A DNA stretch of 59,567 nucleotides, the filler included, from Sanchytrium tribonematis (lineage: Eukaryota), in NCBI GenBank assembly GCA_018985235.1. It is 7 parts of 7 records of this genome, joined end to end, with 100 filler letters (N's around TTAATTAATTAA, not from the genome) between each part and the next. Parts side by side here need not be neighbours in the genome. Positions count along the whole stretch, not along the records: positions 51,212 to 59,567 come from JADGIG010000381.1; 6 more parts are not named here. One strand, written 5' to 3'. Below, piece after piece: positions 51,212 through 59,567 of this stretch. Made by a program: the position numbers and the translations under genes. The notes under the pieces were generated by a model. That model was not told the DNA's origin. It ran no database searches and worked only from the letters and a program-made list of their open reading frames with translations. Each line of letters begins with the position of its first letter. Positions within the stretch are counted from its first letter, which is position 1.

Positions 51212-52503
51212 CACAGAATTTGAATATGAATGCTTCCAATCCATTACTTTTCAAGCAGGTCTCCTCCAATTGCTGCAATGCTGCTGGTGTTAAATGCGAG
51301 AATATCACAAATGCTGTATTGGGAATAAACTGGAGTGGATTGAAACTGAATGGAACTGTGGATATTTCATCGTTGGAATATCTCTCTAGGATGCAATCAT
51401 TGAACATAAGCAACAATTTATTGAGAGGGGATTTCCCACTAGACTTTTATAGTCACTACAAATCATTGGATATTTCCAACAATCTACTTGGGGGTGTTTT
51501 GACTGCCGAGATTATTTTACCAGGAATCCAGACACTCAATATTTCCAACAACAAATTTACAGGAAGTCTGCCTCCGATCCCGAATTCCCTTTCAGTCTTC
51601 TCTGCAGATAACAATATGATAGTAGGACCTATTCCAGGATTAGGCTCACTCACCACATTCTCTGCAAACAACAATTCCATCACAGGATCCATTCCTCCCT
51701 TGAACTCACTCACTTCATTTTCAGTAAACAAAAACAAGTTGACTGGAAATTTGCCTATTTTTACGAATTCATTGACAAGCTTTAGTGCAAATAACAATGA
51801 ACTGAATGGATCTGTTCCAGCATTGGGGCTACAACTTATTTCATTGGATGTATCGCACAACAAGCTGTCTGGCCCAATCTTAAATTTAAATGACAAAGTC
51901 GTCTACTTGAATCTTTCAGGCAATAATTTGAATGCTGATTTGGCAAATTTGACATTTCCAGATTCTTCGAAAACCATTGATTTATCATACAATAATATAA
52001 ATGGGACACTTCACCTTCAGTCTCCTATTTATGTGGATGCAAGTCACAACAGAATTGGAGATATTTTGTTTAATAGCACGAATAATTTGCAATTTTGTAA
52101 TCTTGCTAGTAATCCGGTTGTAAGAGATATTCCAATTTGCAGTGCTTTTACATCCAAGTTGTTGATTAGTACCACGGCAACAACAGACATGGTTTTGGCC
52201 TCAATTGTTACAAGACCACAAATACAAATCACAAGTATTAAAAAACTTTCCTCGGGTGCTACTTTTACAAATAATACCATTGTCAAAACAACCAGATTGT
52301 CGGAAGCAACCATTGAATCTTTCAAATTTGCAAGATCAGAAATAATCTTATTTAGATTCGACTTGTTCATACTTGCTAGATTGGTATTAAGTTTTATTCT
52401 GTACGTGACAGTGTTGGTCAAGACACCTTGGACTGCAAACATAAAGGCTTCAAAGAGAAATAGTACTTACAGTAGAAACGGTAAAAATGTGGTAAGTTTT
52501 TAA
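51212..52503 (+). CDS. LRR type I membrane protein, array member 1 (5' truncated)
   Basis: CC..AGVKC cap, LxxLxxxxNxLxGxIP repeats, S/T stalk, and a TM ending LVKTPW. Confidence 0.85.
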
Positions 52504-52745
52504 GTAAACTCGGTTGTCAATTACGGTTGTCTGGATTTTTTGGAATGATTTTATTTGCAAATTTTAAATTCTCTTTTCCCAAAACTAATTTAACTATATT
52601 TCAAATACTGGCCACAATTACATATGTCCTACTACACCAGACAGACTGCGAATTGCGCCCTATAAATTGTATTCTCCAGTTTATTCATCAGTCAACTACA
52701 AAGCAAAAGATTTGACGTGTCGAGGCTTGACATCAACCAAAATTG

Positions 52746-54499
52746 ATGCTTCTCACGAGTTTACTTTTCGGGCTTAATAGCACAGATTGCTTGAAAGTAA
52801 TACAACTTGCATATGACATGAACATGGCCAAAGCAGCACCATCCTACTGGACTACTCTGAACCTCAATTGCTGTCAATTGCTGTCAAGATTCGAGTAAGA
52901 CATCATGTGATTCAAATGGACGAGTGACTGCCATTAATTGGTACTCTGGCAATGGGTTTGCTCGGGAGTCTCTCGATGGGTTTATCAATTTTACATCCTT
53001 TCGAGCCTTAACTTTTCTACAGACTTTTAACGTAGATTTTCAAAAACTTAGTGGTATTTTTCCTGACAGATTACAAGATTCACTGGCATATATAAATATT
53101 TATGCAAATTTTAACGGCAACATTAAACTGAATGCAACTAATTTTAGATTGCCTAGGAATATTCAATCGCTAAAATTGGGATATGTTTCAGTCGAGGGAG
53201 AGTTTCCTAGGGACGCATTTCCTTAAAGTCTTAAGAGTGTTAATTTTTGGGGCTGTGGCGGACTCATTGGCAATATTTATTTCTATTCTCCTACCAGTAT
53301 AGCATTGTACTTCACACTAGTGAAGATTCCTATCCTCTGTTACAGGGATTTGTCGCCAAATATTACAAATAAAATTTATTAATCAAGTCACCATTTAGCT
53401 GCAAACACTTCTGCAATTTAGTTTTAAATGATAGTGCAAGATTTTCCAGCATATCTGAGTCGTTTTCTTGAATGAATTCCCATAATTTCAATGTAATATT
53501 CTCCAAAGCGTCTTCATTGGGTGGAAAATCCAATTTTCCAAGTCTTCTTTTAATACTGTTGATAGAGCTGGGATTAACAATCTATTGAGTGGCTCAATTA
53601 CAGCCCTCCCAAGTTCAATAACGACTTTTTCTGCAGACAATACTATTTATCTGGAGCAATCCCGACAATGAATTCTCTAGTTTCATTTTCAGCAAACAAA
53701 AATCTGTTTACTGGTGGTCTGCCAATTTTTACACCCTCGTTGACAATTTTTAGTGCAAATAGAAACAAGTTAAATGGTCCCATCCCTGCATTGGGGCAGT
53801 TTTTGAAATTTCTAGATATCGCGCAAAATAATTTGACAGGACACACTCCAATTTTAAATTTACAAATTACAAATTTCAATATATCCAGCAATAGAATGAA
53901 TGACGATTTGACTGACACTTTGTTTCCCAATTCTCTCAAAACATTGGACATCTCATTTAATGAGTTTAATGGAACCTTGTTTCTCAAATCACCCATTTAT
54001 GTAGATGCGAGAAATAATCGCATTAGTAGCGTCTCAATTTCATCGGCAAGCTCGTTGATTTATTGTAATGTAGTCAGAAACTTGATTAAATTGGACATTC
54101 CATTTTGCAATTTTGACTTATCTAATTATATTATCCCAGAGCATACAACGTCTGTGTCAACCCTAAGTTTATTTACCACATCGAAGCCACCTGAGAAGCT
54201 GGAAACGACTTTGGCTTCAAGCATACTGTTAACTTTGATTTCGAGATTACAAAAACTATCTACAACCACAACCACCTTAGCTAATACTGTTGCTTCAAAT
54301 TTACCAACTGATTACCACTCAACTGGTGGCGGCAAAAAGTCAATTCAAATTCATTTTAGATTTCCTTGTTGTCATTCGTTTGATGCTAAGTGGGATATTA
54401 TTGGGAATGATTTTAATTAAAGCGCCTTGGAGACAAAGTATAGAAAGTCAAAAAGGAAATAGCAAATTTGATAAAAACTTTACGGATGATACCATTTAG
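52746..54499 (+). pseudogene. LRR array member 2, disrupted
   Basis: MLLTSLLFG start; 10-bp tandem duplication at 52864-52883 (frameshift); TAA at 53224-53226 where paralogues have AAA; transposon fragment replacing the middle; further frameshift near 54300; ends ...LIKAPW. Confidence 0.85.
53341..53575 (-). mobile_element. Truncated Tc1/mariner-type element: transposase C-terminus, one terminal repeat end and TA
   Basis: The minus strand at 53575-53363 reads IKRRLGKLDFPPNEDALENITLKLWEFIQENDSDMLENLALSFKTKLQKCLQLNGDLINKFYL*. It is followed by ...TTTGGCGACAAATCCCTG|TA, i.e. TA-CAGGG on the plus strand at 53341. Confidence 0.72.
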
Positions 54500-54729
54500 T
54501 CAATTATTAATTATTAAATACCTAGTGAAATTTCTGTGAATCGAACTATAATAAAAATTTTAATTTTTTATTTTCGAAACCTAGATCGAGCATCATAAGT
54601 CTGGCTCAAATCGACAATAATTAAATTTATACTAGTGTTGAGATATAATTTTTTCAAAAGGCACACTTGGTCATATGTCTGCCATGTGGAAAGCCTTGAA
54701 AAAATATTCCAGCAGACATCGTGGCTCAA

Positions 54730-56742
54730 ATGATATTTCTAAATATAATATTTGGTGTAACAAACATGGATTGCTTAAATGCGATCCAGCTGGCGTACGA
54801 TATGAATATGCCACAGGCTGCACCCTCAAATTGGGCTAGTTTAAATGCTGATTGTTGTCAAGATTCTCCACGAACAGTGTGCGATACAAATGGTAGAGTG
54901 ACGCGAATTGAATGGAAACAATTCGCAGATGCTTATGCGGGTAATAGTCTCAACGGAGTTTTGAACTATACTGCTCTTTCCAATCTGCCATTTTTACAAT
55001 ATTTCGATGTAGAAATGCTTGACAAAACGTTGAGCGGTCCCGTTCCCAGGAGACTTCCAGAATCTGTGACGTATTTTTCACTCTACGGTAACGATGGAAT
55101 GTTTCTCAATGCAACAGATTTTGTAGCTCCAACAAATATACAACATCTTGATTTTGGTTATGTCAATATCGTTGGAGAGTTCCCTAAAGATGCTTTCCCG
55201 AAAAGCCTTGATGAAATCGTGTTTTATATGAGTGGCAGTCTTACAGGGAGTTTGTACTTTTATGCTCCCATATCAGTGGATATTGAATTTACAAATGTGA
55301 AAAAGATGTTTATTTTTGATACTAGACAAGTTTCTGGAACTTTTGGCAATTCTGGCTTGTCATTGTCTCAGATTGCTTATCTACCGCCAAGCTGTACAAG
55401 AACAGGAGTTGTGCAAGATACTGATTGTCAACATTTGAAAACATTTGCTGAATTTTTAAATATGGACATCGTCAACCCTTTGGTCTATGGACAAGTCACC
55501 ACTGATTGCTGCAGTGCAAAAGGAGTCATATGTGATAGTACCAAAACCAGCATTTTACAATTAGATTGGAGTGGAATGAGCCTCGATGGGCATGTTGACG
55601 TTCCGACATTAGAATATTTTTCTCTTTTAAAGTCCTTAAACATAAGCAACAATTTTTTAAACGGAAATTTTCCGTTGGATTTATACAGTCATTATCAAAC
55701 TCTAGACATTTCGAATAATTTATTTGATGGTCCAATTACTGAAATCGTGCTTCCTGGAATTGTCAGTTTAAATATTTCTAATAACAAATTCACAGGAAAT
55801 TTACCAAAATTTCCAGACTCCCTTCAATCTTTTGTATTGAACAACAACCATTTGACCGGGCCCATTCCCATCCCAGGGCAATCTCTGAGGTTTTTAGATG
55901 TTTCTCATAATCAATTATCTGGTTCTATTCCACCCATGATGCTTTTAGAGTCGCTTCTTGCAAATAATAATAGATTGAATGGGACTATTCCCAATTTTAG
56001 TCAATTTTTAAAGGTATTGGATGTTTCTAATAATCGCTTATCTGGATTACTTCCTATTCTCAATATTAAAATTGGCTCAGTTAATGTTTCGAACAACAGC
56101 ATGAGTGGCGACCTTACAAATATTGCATTTCCCTCGTCGTTGAAAATTGTTGATTTTTCATTTAATAATTTTAATGGTGCGCTTAATCTCAAGACGCCTA
56201 TTTATGTGAATGTTGAACAAAATGGACTGACAGATATCACATTTCTATCCACCAGTGGTCTATTGACCTGTAACATTTTCAACAATTTGATTCGAAGAAT
56301 AATTCCACCTTGCAATTTTTACACTTCAGACAGCACTAGTACTTCAAGTGGGGTAACGGTACTTAAGCAATCGAATTCCGCGATCCTAAAACCCAGCAAT
56401 ATTGAATCCATCAAAAGCACGTCGAATGTAAATATTATAGCTACAAGGCCACAACGAACCACGCAAGTCATTTTCAAAATATCTACGCTTTTTGTCACGA
56501 CTGAGATGAGCATGTTTGACGAGACTTCCGGGACGGTGCCAGATGATCCTATTGTTTCAACGGAAATTAAATTTGAATTTCCAGCAAGAACACCTTTTAG
56601 CATAAATTTAAATGCATTCGTTCTAATTCGCTTCATGGTGAGTGGGGTGTTGCTTGGCATGATGCTCGTCAAGGTACCTTGGAAGAACGTTTTTGCATTT
56701 AAAAAAGATGATGTTTCTGAGAAGAAATTTACCAGTTATTAA
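54730..56742 (+). CDS. LRR type I membrane protein, array member 3
   Basis: MIFLNIIFG leader; two DC..CC..C..W caps each followed by LRRs; S/T stalk; TM IRFMVSGVLLGMMLVKVPW. Confidence 0.9.
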   Translation: MIFLNIIFGVTNMDCLNAIQLAYDMNMPQAAPSNWASLNADCCQDSPRTVCDTNGRVTRIEWKQFADAYAGNSLNGVLNYTALSNLPFLQYFDVEMLDKTLSGPVPRRLPESVTYFSLYGNDGMFLNATDFVAPTNIQHLDFGYVNIVGEFPKDAFPKSLDEIVFYMSGSLTGSLYFYAPISVDIEFTNVKKMFIFDTRQVSGTFGNSGLSLSQIAYLPPSCTRTGVVQDTDCQHLKTFAEFLNMDIVNPLVYGQVTTDCCSAKGVICDSTKTSILQLDWSGMSLDGHVDVPTLEYFSLLKSLNISNNFLNGNFPLDLYSHYQTLDISNNLFDGPITEIVLPGIVSLNISNNKFTGNLPKFPDSLQSFVLNNNHLTGPIPIPGQSLRFLDVSHNQLSGSIPPMMLLESLLANNNRLNGTIPNFSQFLKVLDVSNNRLSGLLPILNIKIGSVNVSNNSMSGDLTNIAFPSSLKIVDFSFNNFNGALNLKTPIYVNVEQNGLTDITFLSTSGLLTCNIFNNLIRRIIPPCNFYTSDSTSTSSGVTVLKQSNSAILKPSNIESIKSTSNVNIIATRPQRTTQVIFKISTLFVTTEMSMFDETSGTVPDDPIVSTEIKFEFPARTPFSINLNAFVLIRFMVSGVLLGMMLVKVPWKNVFAFKKDDVSEKKFTSY

Positions 56743-56878
56743 CATAAATGATAAATGCAGCAATAAATAATCGCATTTTCCACGAGTTGTATTTTTCTGG
56801 CTTTAAAGCGCGAATCATGAAACTAGGCTTGTCTCATTTGACGGACGTGAATTTCAGTATCCATTTTTGTGGCTTTAA

Positions 56879-58921
56879 ATGTTGTTCTCAAATTTAGTTT
56901 TCAGTAAAACAGCAGATTGTTTAAATGTCATTCAGCTCGCGAAGAACATGAATATGGCAGTAGGATCGCCATCGCACTGGACCAAAATAAACAACAATTG
57001 CTGTCTTGCTACTGGGATTGTTGGTTGTAACGCTAATGGAAGAGTAACGCAAATCGTATGGGATGATGGTATAAATGGATTTACAAATGCTGCTTTGAAT
57101 GGTTTTATCAATTTCACAGCTCTGCAGAATTTGCCCTTTTTAGAAAGTTTCTCTGCAGAATTTCAAACTTTAACGGCAGACATACCAAGCAGATTGTCTG
57201 ACACATTGTTGCATTTTTCAGTTTACGGAAACGATGGAAATGCAATAACTTTGAATGCAACCAACTTCAAGGCTCCAAAAAATCTTCAGTATTTTGATAT
57301 AGGATATACAAATGTTTTTGGAGAGTTTCCCAAAGATGCTTTTCCAAAAAGTCTCACAGATATAAACTTCCTGTTTTGTGGGGCGCTTACAGGTAAAATT
57401 TATGTTTATGCACCGACTTCGCTAAATGTATACTATACGCAAGTGAAAAAAGTATATGTTGTGGACACGAGTCAGATCACAGGAATTATGGACTACGCTC
57501 CTTTGTCTGTTTCCCAAACTGCATATTTGCCTGATGCTTGTACTAGAGCAGGAATTATTCAGGACACTGATTGTCAACATCTGGAAACCTTTGCAAGATA
57601 TTTGAATGTGGATATTGTCAATCCTAGCTTATTCAGTCAAGTCACATCCAATTGCTGTAGCGCAGCTGGTGTCAAGTGCGAAAATGTTACAAACAGCATT
57701 TTACAATTAGATTGGAGTGGACTTGGACTAGATGGAGTGGTAGACATTGACACACTCGAATACTTTTCAAAGATGAAATCCTTGAACATTAGCAACAATT
57801 TTTTGACAGGTAAATTTCCGCTCGACATCTACAGTCATTTTCAAGCTTTGGACATTTCAAACAATTTATTTGACGGACCTCTTACTGAAATTGTGCTTCC
57901 AGGCATCCAGATTCTAAATGTTTCTAAAAACAAATTCACGGGTAGTCTGCCAGCATTCCCAGATACCCTCACCACGTTTATCGCTGATGGAAATTTCTTG
58001 AGTGGGCCAATTCCGACTTTTCCAAACTCTTTGTCCGTATTTAGTGCAGACAAAAATTTACTGAATGGGTCGATTCCGCCTTTCAATTTGTTGGATACAT
58101 TCTCTGCTAATAGCAATCTGCTAAATGGCAACATTCCTGCATTGAGTCAGTTTTTAAAAACTCTTGATGTATCAAACAACCAATTGACGGGTCCAATCCC
58201 TGCATTAAACATCAAAATTGGATATTTTAAAGCCTCCAACAACAGTTTGAATGGTGATTTGACCAATGTTGCATTTCCAAGTTCTCTCAAGATTTTAGAT
58301 ATTTCTAACAATAACTTGGATGGAACCGTGTCTCTTAAATCTCCAAGCTATGTCGATATTAGAAACAACCGTTTTGTTGATCTCGTTTTCGCATCTACAA
58401 GCAGCCTCGTTTATTGTAGCATCTCATACAACTTGATCACCAAGTCAATTTCAATTTGTGACAATATTCAGTCAACGATTAGTCTCATCGAAACTTTGGA
58501 AGTAACAAGCAAGATTGCAACACCAAGCAAGATCGCAACACCAAGCAAGATTGCAACATCAAGCACCACAAGTGTAAAGAGTTTTACTAGTGCAAAAATT
58601 ACAACAAATCTAGTGACAGTCGCAACACGGCCACGAATTGTCGTCCAAAGCACGGTAAAATCTACTCTGATTTCAACTTCCTCACATGGTAATGTGACTT
58701 TCGTTGTAATTGAGACAGAAGCTGAGGAATCTAAAACTGGACAGTATTACGAAATTACAGCTCAAGTCTCTTTTGGGCTTCATTTGAATCTTTGGGTTTT
58801 AATCCGTTTTATGACAAGTGGAATTATGTTTGGCATGATTCTTGTTAAAACACCATGGAAAGCTTCTTATGAAAACTCAAAATCTGCAGTTTCCTCAGGA
58901 AGGAAACATGCTACCTATTAA
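56879..58921 (+). CDS. LRR type I membrane protein, array member 4
   Basis: MLFSNLVFS leader; same two-cap LRR architecture; TM IRFMTSGIMFGMILVKTPW. Confidence 0.9.
   Translation: MLFSNLVFSKTADCLNVIQLAKNMNMAVGSPSHWTKINNNCCLATGIVGCNANGRVTQIVWDDGINGFTNAALNGFINFTALQNLPFLESFSAEFQTLTADIPSRLSDTLLHFSVYGNDGNAITLNATNFKAPKNLQYFDIGYTNVFGEFPKDAFPKSLTDINFLFCGALTGKIYVYAPTSLNVYYTQVKKVYVVDTSQITGIMDYAPLSVSQTAYLPDACTRAGIIQDTDCQHLETFARYLNVDIVNPSLFSQVTSNCCSAAGVKCENVTNSILQLDWSGLGLDGVVDIDTLEYFSKMKSLNISNNFLTGKFPLDIYSHFQALDISNNLFDGPLTEIVLPGIQILNVSKNKFTGSLPAFPDTLTTFIADGNFLSGPIPTFPNSLSVFSADKNLLNGSIPPFNLLDTFSANSNLLNGNIPALSQFLKTLDVSNNQLTGPIPALNIKIGYFKASNNSLNGDLTNVAFPSSLKILDISNNNLDGTVSLKSPSYVDIRNNRFVDLVFASTSSLVYCSISYNLITKSISICDNIQSTISLIETLEVTSKIATPSKIATPSKIATSSTTSVKSFTSAKITTNLVTVATRPRIVVQSTVKSTLISTSSHGNVTFVVIETEAEESKTGQYYEITAQVSFGLHLNLWVLIRFMTSGIMFGMILVKTPWKASYENSKSAVSSGRKHATY
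58506..58565 (+). repeat. 18-bp coding minisatellite, about 3.3 copies, encoding SKIATP repeats
   Basis: CAAGCAAGATYGCAACAY at 58506, 58524 and 58542. Confidence 0.9.
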
Positions 58922-59040
58922 GAATGAAATACCTGATTTGAAATAAATCATATATATCAATTTTTCTGAATTTTTGAGACGTGCGCATTGCAATTTTGTC
59001 AACAAGCAAGATATAGCAATTTTTAATTGAAATTTATTTT

Positions 59041-59394
59041 TCAATCTTGGTTATTACTTGGGGAACTAGTGTCATTTCCACCACTATAACCATTATCACA
59101 TCCACCGCTCTCATAGTTATTGTCCACTTGGACTGCAATACCAACTTCAAATCTTCTAAAATCATCTTCATAGGCATTGAATGCATTATTTTGGTCGCCT
59201 CCATTTTGTGTATTTGGAATGTCACCCGGATTGTTTGTATACGCGGTGTTGGCTAGTTTCCTTATTTCTTTCATGTCATGAAAAGCTTGCTTCATGCATG
59301 TACTACGGCAAATACAACATGCCAGCATGGAAATAAATAATAGGACTAAAATTATGATAATAATAGGCGCATATAGATCAGCAGCATTCGACAT
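59041..59394 (-). CDS. Single-pass membrane protein with a Cys cluster and low-complexity N/D/G tail
   Basis: MSNAADLYAPIIIIILVLLFISMLACCICRSTC. Confidence 0.7.
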   Translation of the reverse strand: MSNAADLYAPIIIIILVLLFISMLACCICRSTCMKQAFHDMKEIRKLANTAYTNNPGDIPNTQNGGDQNNAFNAYEDDFRRFEVGIAVQVDNNYESGGCDNGYSGGNDTSSPSNNQD

Positions 59395-59495
59395 TCGTGA
59401 TTTATTTTGCTTAATGAGCCACTCTAGCTCTACTTGTGAAAATGATTTGATCTTGAAAGTTTTACACATTATATTGCATTTTCCACTTTATAATC

Positions 59496-59567
59496 AGCTA
59501 CGGCCATACACACCTGGAAACACCTGATCCTGTCAAATTTCAGAAGTTAAGCAGGTGCTGGCATGGT
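59496..59567 (+). rRNA. 5S rRNA gene, 3' truncated by the window end
   Basis: AGCTACGGCCATAC...CACCTGATCCTGTC...AGAAGTTAAGCAGG...GGCATGGT matches the eukaryotic 5S 5' half, including the box A-like AGTTAAGC. Confidence 0.9.

Noticed and set aside
1..59567. Genome-wide UGA-to-Trp reassignment
   Set aside because: TGG encodes the conserved Trp residues, and TGA ends NMT1 exactly at its conserved C-terminus and also ends DBP4. The three in-frame TGAs correspond to different residues (W/Y, R, G).
1..59567. UAA/UAG-to-Gln code as in Amoeboaphelidium protococcarum or ciliates
   Set aside because: Long conserved genes have no in-frame TAA or TAG, and TAA/TAG end PAK, PSP1, AUH, LIG1 and CBF5 at the expected positions.
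1..59567. Prokaryotic or viral origin (operons, CRISPR, prophage) suggested by the gene density
   Set aside because: The genes are eukaryote-specific (separase, PAK, dyskerin, PIG-O, IFT144), spliceosomal introns are present, and no repeat-spacer array or viral hallmark gene was seen.

Overview
This is eukaryotic nuclear DNA, not one locus. Seven contigs of about 8.4-8.5 kb (1-8513, 8614-17097, 17198-25675, 25776-34162, 34263-42639, 42740-51111, 51212-59567; lengths strictly decreasing) are joined by artificial 100-bp N44-TTAATTAATTAA-N44 spacers. Gene content and compaction suggest a small, AT-rich, gene-dense, intron-poor genome of a flagellated early-diverging fungus or close relative; this taxonomy is inference. 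Contigs 2-5 are packed with housekeeping and ciliary genes (WDR19/IFT144, PAK/STE20, separase, glycerol kinase, DZIP1, MSH6, IQCD, PIGO, DBP4, CBF5, BCP1, TRIM37-like, AUH, TMEM62, FBXO9, LIG1, NMT1), often with intergenic gaps under 60 bp or overlaps. Contigs 1, 6 and 7 look accessory: secreted proteins with very short signal peptides, tandem candidate nuclear effectors, a signal-peptide-bearing Ulp1/C48 protease, an HD hydrolase, arrays of LRR surface proteins with pseudogenes, a Tc1/mariner remnant and a partial 5S rRNA gene. The most striking signal is three ultra-short (19, 20, 19 nt) GT-AG introns, each of which restores a conserved protein motif when removed and each with T at -8, A at -6 and a TAG end. 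Isolated in-frame TGA codons in otherwise intact PUS3 and FBXO9 genes also need explaining. All family assignments come from motifs recognised by eye; no searches were run.
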